A stretch of DNA of 64,000 nt from contig CAMVMU010000002.1 in the NCBI GenBank assembly GCA_947168655.1, forward strand, positions 15,561 through 79,560. The letters are read 5' to 3'. Made by a program: the position numbers and the translations under genes. This document shows positions 29,495 through 37,925 of the stretch, piece after piece. Under the pieces are notes generated by a model, which saw only the letters and a list, made by a program, of their open reading frames with translations, was not told where the DNA came from and made no database searches. This DNA comes from an uncultured Oscillospiraceae bacterium (GTDB lineage: Bacteria > Bacillota > Clostridia > Oscillospirales > Oscillospiraceae). Each line of letters opens with the position of its first letter. The stretch's first letter is position 1.

Positions 29495-29653
29495 AATGAT
29501 TTTTCCTCCTTGCTTACGCACATTATCGGTTGCATCAAACGATGCGGTTGGTCTCCAACAGCCACGGCGGCGGCCCTGACTCTCTGCGGCATCATTGCCG
29601 GCTCGCCTCTCCCATCGGGATCATACGACGGCGATCCGGGCGTCAGACGCCCC

Positions 29654-32600
29654 TCAAATCTTTCCCGAGAAGCCCTGTCTCCACCGGAGCATAATATGAT
29701 CCCCGCTGGAGGTGTCCTCTTCAAACAGGAAGAACTTGCACTTTTTCAGGTATTTAACGGGAATGTCTGTTTTAACCGGATAGGTCTTCCGATATTCGGT
29801 CACGACAGGATCCAGTTCAACAGAGGGAATCCTCATGACCAGCTGAGCATTCTTGTCATCGTGCGATGCGATAAACTGATTCGCTTCGCAAACGCAAAGC
29901 AAAAGCTCGGGCACGTACTCGATCGGTTTATTGCCGCTCAGCTCGATCATCAGCTTCATCCCATCGAAGATCCCATGGGAGACAGACCAAAACAGATTTG
30001 CATTCAGCGGCCGGTCAATTTTCATTTTCTGCGGTTCGGAGATAATCTCTTTCCCGTCCACATTGTAGCAGGTGAAGACCGAAACAAAGAATGCGCTCTC
30101 GTTCACCACAAAATCCTGATAGGGAATATAGCCGTTTTTCCGGTAGCTGTCCAACGAGATTCTCTGGATATCTGCGGATTTTCCGATATCGCCCAGTGCT
30201 GCCCACCTGTTCTCCGATTTTGTGGTTCTGACCGCGCAATAAAAGGCGGCTGCATTAGAGGGGATGGCCCCCGCGAGCCGGATTTTCAGGTCGATCCGGT
30301 AGCTGTTGCCGTTGCGGCCGGAGATCAGACTCTCCTCCAGGACGGTCTCTTTTTTGTCAATCGGACACGAAGTATAGGTATTGACCTCAATGTTGTTCTC
30401 GCTGGCAATCCATTTGCCGCCGGAGGCTGCCAGAACACTGATCTTGCAATAGGCCTCTCTCGGCAGAGCAACCTGTGCGCAGCCGTCATCAGACTTGGAT
30501 TCAGCTAACAGCTGCCCGTTAACCATGACCCGGAGATCGATTCCCCGCTGCTTGACGGACCAGGAGATCTTATAAACGTTGTCCTTGACCTGAGAAGCGC
30601 GAATGGAAAACGAGTCAACCGTCGGCAGCGGCGTGATGACGGTCTCGACACCGGCGCTTCTGTTCCCGCCTTCGTAATTGGCAAGGACCTTGTAAGTGTA
30701 CGTCTTTCCGTATTGCGTGCCGGAATCCTCATAACTGCCGTGGGCCGATTCGGTTAACGTAGCTGACCTGCCATCGCAGATTCGGATCACCGTCGCTCCA
30801 TGGCTGTTATCCGGCGAGTCCCAGGTGATACGCACCCCTGCGCCGCGTTGAGAAACACGGCAGTTTTTTACGTCGGCGTACAGCATGCCGGTCCTGGATA
30901 CCGGCGATGAATACACGTCCCGCCTCACGGTGAATACGGAATATGTATACGTGAGGCCGGGCTTTACACGTTCATCCGTAAAGGATGTGTTTGTCGTTTT
31001 GTCGGCAAGGATATCCCCGTCGTTTTCCGAGGATGCCCCGGTTTTTCCGGTTTTGCGGATCAGCCGATAGCTGACCCCCTGCTCCGTCGAGTGGCCCCAG
31101 CTGACGTTCATCACGCCTTTGCTGGATACGGGAGTGACCGTAATGCTGCCGCTGGGCAGGGGCGCTGTTGCCCGCAGGAACGCCAGTGCCGGCGGATAAT
31201 CCGCGCATTGCATCAGAATCGTGATACATGCGTCGGCTTTTTTTGAGGCGGTATCGCTTCCGGTGGCCGAGAAAAGACGGTCAGCCCTGGCAAGCTCTCC
31301 GGATATTGTCTGCTCAAACTCTGTAACGTTCAGGTTGGGGAATTTCTTAATGATCCCCCCCAGTTCTGCCCGGGCGGTAGAGAACTTGCGTTCATTTATC
31401 AGCTGGCGGAGCCGGTTGATGGGTTCCTTGAGAAGGGCTTCTTCTTTATCGATCTGTTTAGCGAGCCGGTCAGTTTGCACCTTTTCTCCCGGCGCAGCCG
31501 ACCTTGCCTGGAACAGGTACTGTCTGGCCGAATCAAAGTCGCTTTTTCTGAACGCCTCCTCTGCCTTCTGAAAGAACCTTGAGAACAATTCCGCACTGGC
31601 GAAAACGTATCCGCAGTCAGCATAGGGACATTTATCCGCCTGCACCGGAACAAGTTTTCCGCACTTGTCGCACTTTTTGAACAGAGGTTTCCCGCAGTTC
31701 TTACAGGCGTTGGCCTTTTTTGCCTCGGTTTCCGACTCAAACGTACTGATTTGAAAACAGCTGCTGCACTTGATCGTATACTTCCAGACCGGCGGAATGT
31801 AGCCGCAGTTTCCCTCTTTGTTATAGATGGCAAGTGCCTCCTGATAATCCGGGAAGTACTGGCTGATGATCTTGATGCACGGGTCCGCAAACTTGGAATT
31901 CTCCAAAGACTCCGGATCCAAGCGTTTGATCTTTGAGAAAAGGGCAGTTAATTCCTCAGAGCGATAAACCAGATACCGCTCGTATGCGGCGCGGTTTTCA
32001 TCCGAGTTAAAAACGTACTGCTTTGCTGCCGCAGACAGCGATCCGCAGAGTTTGCCCAGATTATCATTTCGCTGCGAGTATCTGCGGGAAGCCGCGTCAA
32101 ATTTCTCCCATATGGATTTGGTGTCGGTGCCCCGGTATTGTGCCGCCGTTTCACCGCCGTCCGAGATATAGGCCGCGAAGGCGTACAGATCGGTAACCAC
32201 GGAAGTATCTGCTCCGTTAGGATTGGGGTCTTTTGTTTTGCGAAGCGCCTCCAGCTCGGAGTAGATGCGGTCCGCATTCGTGGGAAATCTGGGGAACGCG
32301 GCCAGCGGGTCGATGTCGATCACCTCAAAGCCCGCATCTGTATATACCGATTTTACATGATCCGCAGACAGCCGCGTCTTTTTCTTTTGATCACGAATCT
32401 CCGCCATCGTTACCGTGTGCCTGCCTGTCATGGCAAGCAGCTCAACAGCAGCGGAAAGCGCGCTGATTTCTGCTGCGGCTTTCTCATCCGCAAGTGGCTT
32501 GAACGCCGCGGTAATCAGCTTTTTCCCGTCCGGAGACAGTATTTGAGTGGAAATCGTGTTCAAGAAATCGAGCTGCGCCTGCAGGTTGTCTTTCTCAATC

Positions 32601-32734
32601 TGCTGCGTTACGCGGCCAAGGGCGGACCCAAGCTCTGTTTTCTTCTGGTCTATTTTCTTTTGTACTTGCTTGGCGTTGGTTTCCGGTGGGTCAAACGCCA
32701 GCCCCACCAGTTCAAACAAATCAAAATCAGCCAT
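29654..32734 (-). CDS. 1026-aa protein: J-like N-terminus, double Zn ribbon, TPR-like helices, FN3-like repeats
   Basis: CSSC/CKNC/CDKC/CPYADC; FN3-like W...YRLIRK...FTD..VKPG.TYTYSV and YED...YGKTYTYKV. Confidence 0.72.
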   Translation of the reverse strand: MADFDLFELVGLAFDPPETNAKQVQKKIDQKKTELGSALGRVTQQIEKDNLQAQLDFLNTISTQILSPDGKKLITAAFKPLADEKAAAEISALSAAVELLAMTGRHTVTMAEIRDQKKKTRLSADHVKSVYTDAGFEVIDIDPLAAFPRFPTNADRIYSELEALRKTKDPNPNGADTSVVTDLYAFAAYISDGGETAAQYRGTDTKSIWEKFDAASRRYSQRNDNLGKLCGSLSAAAKQYVFNSDENRAAYERYLVYRSEELTALFSKIKRLDPESLENSKFADPCIKIISQYFPDYQEALAIYNKEGNCGYIPPVWKYTIKCSSCFQISTFESETEAKKANACKNCGKPLFKKCDKCGKLVPVQADKCPYADCGYVFASAELFSRFFQKAEEAFRKSDFDSARQYLFQARSAAPGEKVQTDRLAKQIDKEEALLKEPINRLRQLINERKFSTARAELGGIIKKFPNLNVTEFEQTISGELARADRLFSATGSDTASKKADACITILMQCADYPPALAFLRATAPLPSGSITVTPVSSKGVMNVSWGHSTEQGVSYRLIRKTGKTGASSENDGDILADKTTNTSFTDERVKPGLTYTYSVFTVRRDVYSSPVSRTGMLYADVKNCRVSQRGAGVRITWDSPDNSHGATVIRICDGRSATLTESAHGSYEDSGTQYGKTYTYKVLANYEGGNRSAGVETVITPLPTVDSFSIRASQVKDNVYKISWSVKQRGIDLRVMVNGQLLAESKSDDGCAQVALPREAYCKISVLAASGGKWIASENNIEVNTYTSCPIDKKETVLEESLISGRNGNSYRIDLKIRLAGAIPSNAAAFYCAVRTTKSENRWAALGDIGKSADIQRISLDSYRKNGYIPYQDFVVNESAFFVSVFTCYNVDGKEIISEPQKMKIDRPLNANLFWSVSHGIFDGMKLMIELSGNKPIEYVPELLLCVCEANQFIASHDDKNAQLVMRIPSVELDPVVTEYRKTYPVKTDIPVKYLKKCKFFLFEEDTSSGDHIMLRWRQGFSGKI

Positions 32735-32781
32735 ACCTGGTTACCTCTCTGTCATTTGTTGCTGTTTTTCGGCGCGTGAAA

Positions 32782-35037
32782 TCAGTCGTTCCAAGTGTCC
32801 GTATCGGGATTGTCGTCGCCCTCTCCACCGACAGCCTGCATCATGGAGATGTCGGATATGTACGCGTGGGAGAGCAGCTGGCAGTAGTGAGACTCGTGAA
32901 CAAATCCAAACCTCACGTCCACCCGGGATTTCGATGCCTTGAACTTGCTGCCGACCGCTCTGCCGTCTATTTCCACTTCATACTGTCCGCCGTCCGTCAG
33001 CGACATTCTCAGGTGGAAGCGCGGAGCAACGGTGGCCACACTGGCGCCGTCCAGCAGAATGTCGCCGCCATTCTCGGTCAGATGCGCGGAAATCAGGCCG
33101 AGAGAAATCTCCAGATATCCGCCCGGATGAGGGCTGATGGTAGAGGTGTTGATGTCGCATTCGATCTCAAAATCATCTGAAGGATCTATGGAATAGCGAA
33201 CACCCTCGTTCATTTCGCTGATGTTATAGCCATGGAACTCGATATTCTCCTCATTGGCAATGACGTGAACGGTGGGCTCGTTGAACTGCGCTCCGCTTGG
33301 GTGGGTGGCAATGTTGTCATATTTATCCCACTTCACGTTGCTGAACGTAACGGGCTTATATTTGTGAACAACGCTCTGGCCGCTCCTGGTGCCAAGCTGA
33401 AGGCCGACATTGAACCCCTGGTCCGTGTTTTCGCTTGTTACAGGCCGGCCGAACCTGGAGATATCCTCCGGCACTTCCTCACGCCTGATGGGCAGATCAA
33501 CCGTGCCGTCTTCCTGCCGCGCCTGGATATGGATGACGCCGTTCACATCGTAGCTGTACTGGATGCGAATGACCGTACCGATTTTCTCGCCCCTGTTGAC
33601 GTGCTGGATCCCCGTCACCACGTACTTGTAGGTTATCTGGCAGTCCAGCGGGTCCTCACTGTCTCCCTGAAGGACATAGATGGCCAGTTCATTGTTGGAG
33701 TGGGGGGATGTGTAGAACCTGAATTTTTTAGCGGCGCGCACAGGCCGCGGATGATTGGCGGGAATGATGATCTCGTTGTAGTAGCGATTGCCCTCATCAT
33801 TGATGGCGATGATGCCCATTGCGTGGGCAGTGGTCTCACGCAGGGTGAGCATGCTGAGGCTGTTCAGCTTTCTCTCTGCCTTCACCGATACGTGAGAACT
33901 CAAACCGAAGTTCGCTCTGTCGGTGGTCTTCTTTCCGTCAACAACCTTCAGCACCAGCGAGGTATAGTCCTCGTTCGCTTTGGACGACTGAATCGCCGCT
34001 CCCAGCGCAACTGCCTCATCCGGGTTCACGTGGGACAGCGGCTTCTTGTTGAACATCCTCTGCAGATATTCCGGCACCTGCGGCATCCTCGTCGACCCGC
34101 CTACCAGCAGTACGTCCGTCACGTCCTTTTTCGTCAGACCCGCTTCCTCCAGCACCGCAAGGCACAGCGCCCCCGTCCGGTCCAGCAGATCCGCCGTGTT
34201 TTCCTCAAACTCCGCCTTTGTTATCGTCACCGTCGCCTTCCCGTAGTCCGGGAAGGTGGCGGATACTTTCACTGACTGCATGTTCTGCGCCGACAGCTGC
34301 TTCTTCACGCCCTCCGACATGCCGCTGACAATGGACCACAGCTCACTGTCGTTCCGGATGGAAAGATCCGTCTCGTTCTCAAACCGCGCAACCAGGATAT
34401 CCTCGATCCTCGCGTCCCAGTCACGGCCGCCCAGCTTGTGATTGCCCCGGGTCGTGATGGTTGACAGCTCGCCGTTCTTTCCCATATGGACAAGCGTCAC
34501 GTCAAACGTGCCGCCGCCCAGATCATAGACAAGTATATTGGCGTTCTCTCTCCAGTGATTCAGTCCGTAGGCCATCGCCGCGGCGTTGGGCTCGTCGATG
34601 ATCTTCTTCACCTTCAGGCCCGCCTTCTCCGCCGCGCGGATGGTCGCTTCCCGTTCCTTGGAGTAGAAGTAGGCGGGAACCGTGATCACCGCTTCCTTGA
34701 TCGTATCGCCCAGCGTCGCTTCCGCCTCTTCCTTCAGATGCCGCAGCAGCATGGCGGACAGATCCTCTGACGTGTAGGGCTTGCCGCCGATATAGCAATA
34801 CGGCTTCGTCTCGCCCATCTCCCGCTTGAAGGTGGCAACGCAGTCCTCCTCACCGGCATTGTAGGCGTCCTCCGCCTCGCCGCCGAAGATCACCTCGCCA
34901 TCGAGAAACTGGATGACCGACGGCGTCAGTTTGCTCCCCTCGCCGTTGGGGATGATCTGCGGCAGCTTTGTTTTCGGGTCTATGTACGCCACCGCCGAAA
35001 ACGTGGTCCCCAGATCGATTCCCACTGATATTGCCAT
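32782..35037 (-). CDS. Hsp70-family protein A with all-beta C-terminal domain
   Basis: GIDLGTT, TVPAYF, DEPNAAA, DLGGGTFD, LVGGSTRMP, NPDEAVALGAA; no DnaK lid. Confidence 0.9.
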   Translation of the reverse strand: MAISVGIDLGTTFSAVAYIDPKTKLPQIIPNGEGSKLTPSVIQFLDGEVIFGGEAEDAYNAGEEDCVATFKREMGETKPYCYIGGKPYTSEDLSAMLLRHLKEEAEATLGDTIKEAVITVPAYFYSKEREATIRAAEKAGLKVKKIIDEPNAAAMAYGLNHWRENANILVYDLGGGTFDVTLVHMGKNGELSTITTRGNHKLGGRDWDARIEDILVARFENETDLSIRNDSELWSIVSGMSEGVKKQLSAQNMQSVKVSATFPDYGKATVTITKAEFEENTADLLDRTGALCLAVLEEAGLTKKDVTDVLLVGGSTRMPQVPEYLQRMFNKKPLSHVNPDEAVALGAAIQSSKANEDYTSLVLKVVDGKKTTDRANFGLSSHVSVKAERKLNSLSMLTLRETTAHAMGIIAINDEGNRYYNEIIIPANHPRPVRAAKKFRFYTSPHSNNELAIYVLQGDSEDPLDCQITYKYVVTGIQHVNRGEKIGTVIRIQYSYDVNGVIHIQARQEDGTVDLPIRREEVPEDISRFGRPVTSENTDQGFNVGLQLGTRSGQSVVHKYKPVTFSNVKWDKYDNIATHPSGAQFNEPTVHVIANEENIEFHGYNISEMNEGVRYSIDPSDDFEIECDINTSTISPHPGGYLEISLGLISAHLTENGGDILLDGASVATVAPRFHLRMSLTDGGQYEVEIDGRAVGSKFKASKSRVDVRFGFVHESHYCQLLSHAYISDISMMQAVGGEGDDNPDTDTWND
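33801..35030. repeat. 1230-bp direct repeat, copy 1
   Basis: Line-by-line identical to 36261-37490 (offset 2460). Confidence 0.95.
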
Positions 35038-35049
35038 TCTTCTACCTCC

Positions 35050-37497
35050 TTACCAAGTAGGCACCGTACTTGTGTCGTCTTCGTTGTTTCCGTTATCCGG
35101 CATAAAACGCTCCGCATTGGCAAGCCAGGCAGCCGCATTTACAACGTATCGCGCCGTGCCCGCATTGTCGATCCGTTCATCAAAAAGCCGGGTAAAACCG
35201 CCGTCAACCAAAGCCCGTTTTCCGTCCTTTTCATAAAATGCGGTGACGATTTTGGAGTCTGAGCTGAAAATCAAAGGCTCCAGTCCGCCGGCAAGTTTCA
35301 CATTCGATATGGTGATTCCTTCATCGAAAGAAACCAGCCCCGTTGAGATCAAATGATCTGCAATAATACCGGGCGCTCCCTCTCTTTCCTGGATGGCAAG
35401 GATCTGGGTTCCGTAATAGTTGCCGCTGAGGCTGGCGCCGAAGAGCCGCGTCGTTATAAAGTTAGCGTCCTCGATGTACGGGGTATTATCACCCCAGATA
35501 TACAGGCCGTTGCCCTTTTCAAAGAATTTTTTCAGCACCGAATAATGATCTTCCGTCAGATGCAGCCACGAATCGGAAATCACCCAGCACTGGCACATCG
35601 TCTTCAGGGCGGATTTCAGTTCTCCCGCAGATGGGACCTGTTCTCTGATATCCACCTCAAAGCCCTTTTGTTTCAGCGCATTCGTCATTTTATGCAACGT
35701 GTAACTGTCGTGGCACAGATCCAGGATCAGTATGCCGTATCCTTCAAAGCTCCCGTCGGGGGCCAGGTCGAATTCCTCGCCGTCCGGATTGCCAAACTGG
35801 TCTCTCCGGGTTGTGGGAATGTTGCTGATGCCTGCCCATTTTGAGTAAACGGAAAGGGACGAGGCGTTCCTCATGGACGAAGACGATCTGTCCCCCTCCT
35901 CCACAGGCCGGGAGAATCTTGACATGTCTTCGGGTACCTCCTCGCGCTGAATGGGGAGATTGACCACATCGTCCTCCTGCCTGGCCTCAACATGGATCAC
36001 GCCGTTTTGGTCATAACTGTACTGGACCCGGATGCGGGTTTGATTTCTCTGCCGCGGTACGTAGCGAATACCCGAGACCACATAGCGGAACGGGATTTGG
36101 TTATCCAGGGGATTCTCTGACTCGCCCTGAACCACAAAAACCTCCATTTTCGTGCTCTCATCCTTCTTGGTCCGGACATAGTATGACTTTGCGATTTTCA
36201 CCGGCCGGGGATGGTTTGCCGGAATGAGTATGTCGTTGAAATACCGTTTGCCGTCCTGGCTGATGGCGATGATGCCCATTGCGTGGGCAGTGGTCTCACG
36301 CAGGGTGAGCATGCTGAGGCTGTTCAGCTTTCTCTCTGCCTTCACCGATACGTGAGAACTCAAACCGAAGTTCGCTCTGTCGGTGGTCTTCTTTCCGTCA
36401 ACAACCTTCAGCACCAGCGAGGTATAGTCCTCGTTCGCTTTGGACGACTGAATCGCCGCTCCCAGCGCAACTGCCTCATCCGGGTTCACGTGGGACAGCG
36501 GCTTCTTGTTGAACATCCTCTGCAGATATTCCGGCACCTGCGGCATCCTCGTCGACCCGCCTACCAGCAGTACGTCCGTCACGTCCTTTTTCGTCAGACC
36601 CGCTTCCTCCAGCACCGCAAGGCACAGCGCCCCCGTCCGGTCCAGCAGATCCGCCGTGTTTTCCTCAAACTCCGCCTTTGTTATCGTCACCGTCGCCTTC
36701 CCGTAGTCCGGGAAGGTGGCGGATACTTTCACTGACTGCATGTTCTGCGCCGACAGCTGCTTCTTCACGCCCTCCGACATGCCGCTGACAATGGACCACA
36801 GCTCACTGTCGTTCCGGATGGAAAGATCCGTCTCGTTCTCAAACCGCGCAACCAGGATATCCTCGATCCTCGCGTCCCAGTCACGGCCGCCCAGCTTGTG
36901 ATTGCCCCGGGTCGTGATGGTTGACAGCTCGCCGTTCTTTCCCATATGGACAAGCGTCACGTCAAACGTGCCGCCGCCCAGATCATAGACAAGTATATTG
37001 GCGTTCTCTCTCCAGTGATTCAGTCCGTAGGCCATCGCCGCGGCGTTGGGCTCGTCGATGATCTTCTTCACCTTCAGGCCCGCCTTCTCCGCCGCGCGGA
37101 TGGTCGCTTCCCGTTCCTTGGAGTAGAAGTAGGCGGGAACCGTGATCACCGCTTCCTTGATCGTATCGCCCAGCGTCGCTTCCGCCTCTTCCTTCAGATG
37201 CCGCAGCAGCATGGCGGACAGATCCTCTGACGTGTAGGGCTTGCCGCCGATATAGCAATACGGCTTCGTCTCGCCCATCTCCCGCTTGAAGGTGGCAACG
37301 CAGTCCTCCTCACCGGCATTGTAGGCGTCCTCCGCCTCGCCGCCGAAGATCACCTCGCCATCGAGAAACTGGATGACCGACGGCGTCAGTTTGCTCCCCT
37401 CGCCGTTGGGGATGATCTGCGGCAGCTTTGTTTTCGGGTCTATGTACGCCACCGCCGAAAACGTGGTCCCCAGATCGATTCCCACTGATACGCTCAT
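35050..37497 (-). CDS. Hsp70-family protein B with alpha/beta C-terminal domain
   Basis: Same ATPase domain as protein A; different C-terminus (GLYIWGDN, VDGGFTRL). Confidence 0.9.
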   Translation of the reverse strand: MSVSVGIDLGTTFSAVAYIDPKTKLPQIIPNGEGSKLTPSVIQFLDGEVIFGGEAEDAYNAGEEDCVATFKREMGETKPYCYIGGKPYTSEDLSAMLLRHLKEEAEATLGDTIKEAVITVPAYFYSKEREATIRAAEKAGLKVKKIIDEPNAAAMAYGLNHWRENANILVYDLGGGTFDVTLVHMGKNGELSTITTRGNHKLGGRDWDARIEDILVARFENETDLSIRNDSELWSIVSGMSEGVKKQLSAQNMQSVKVSATFPDYGKATVTITKAEFEENTADLLDRTGALCLAVLEEAGLTKKDVTDVLLVGGSTRMPQVPEYLQRMFNKKPLSHVNPDEAVALGAAIQSSKANEDYTSLVLKVVDGKKTTDRANFGLSSHVSVKAERKLNSLSMLTLRETTAHAMGIIAISQDGKRYFNDILIPANHPRPVKIAKSYYVRTKKDESTKMEVFVVQGESENPLDNQIPFRYVVSGIRYVPRQRNQTRIRVQYSYDQNGVIHVEARQEDDVVNLPIQREEVPEDMSRFSRPVEEGDRSSSSMRNASSLSVYSKWAGISNIPTTRRDQFGNPDGEEFDLAPDGSFEGYGILILDLCHDSYTLHKMTNALKQKGFEVDIREQVPSAGELKSALKTMCQCWVISDSWLHLTEDHYSVLKKFFEKGNGLYIWGDNTPYIEDANFITTRLFGASLSGNYYGTQILAIQEREGAPGIIADHLISTGLVSFDEGITISNVKLAGGLEPLIFSSDSKIVTAFYEKDGKRALVDGGFTRLFDERIDNAGTARYVVNAAAWLANAERFMPDNGNNEDDTSTVPTW
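36261..37490. repeat. 1230-bp direct repeat, copy 2
   Basis: Line-by-line identical to 33801-35030. Confidence 0.95.
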
Positions 37498-37536
37498 AGC
37501 AGAATACCTTTCTCTTTTTCAGGGTTGCCATGTCCT

Positions 37537-37836
37537 TTACATGGACATTTCTTCCTCTTCCTCTATTTCCTGCTCTTTCATCCCGGAGGCGATGCCCTCC
37601 CAGTTTGTGGGCGTATAGTAAATGTTCGATGAACAATCGCCCTGATCCAGGCTTTCGTATTCCCGCTGCATTTTTACCCGTTCCCCGGAAACAAACCGCT
37701 CAATCGCGGCTTCATCGGTGACGCCCTGATCCCTCAGATTCTCCCGGTAGTTGTCCAGCACGGTTTCCATATCCCGCTCTCTGCTCTCCCGGATTTCGGG
37801 CGTAAGGGGTCTTCTTAAAACTTTAGGTCCATCCAT
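37537..37836 (-). CDS. Small acidic hypothetical protein
   Basis: AAGGAG RBS, co-oriented in the operon, tail EQEIEEEEEMSM. Confidence 0.7.
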   Translation of the reverse strand: MDGPKVLRRPLTPEIRESRERDMETVLDNYRENLRDQGVTDEAAIERFVSGERVKMQREYESLDQGDCSSNIYYTPTNWEGIASGMKEQEIEEEEEMSM

Positions 37837-37851
37837 TTTGATTTCTCCTTC

Positions 37852-37893
37852 GGCTGGTATTGCATCACACTTCTGTGCGATGCAATACCAGCC
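37852..37893. other. Intra-operon hairpin without U-tract
   Basis: GGCTGGTATTGCATCACAC-TTCT-GTGCGATGCAATACCAGCC, followed by CCTGATATATA twice. Confidence 0.6.
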
Positions 37894-37925
37894 TGATATA
37901 TACCTGATATATATTTGTCGACGTC

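Noticed and set aside
29495-29653. Possible RNA element in the 160-bp intra-operon gap
   Set aside because: Only short GC hairpins; no convincing extended structure or known motif by eye
33801-37490. Diversity-generating retroelement TR/VR pair or IS copies
   Set aside because: The copies are identical (no adenine-specific mismatches), 1.2 kb long and encode an Hsp70 NBD, not a transposase
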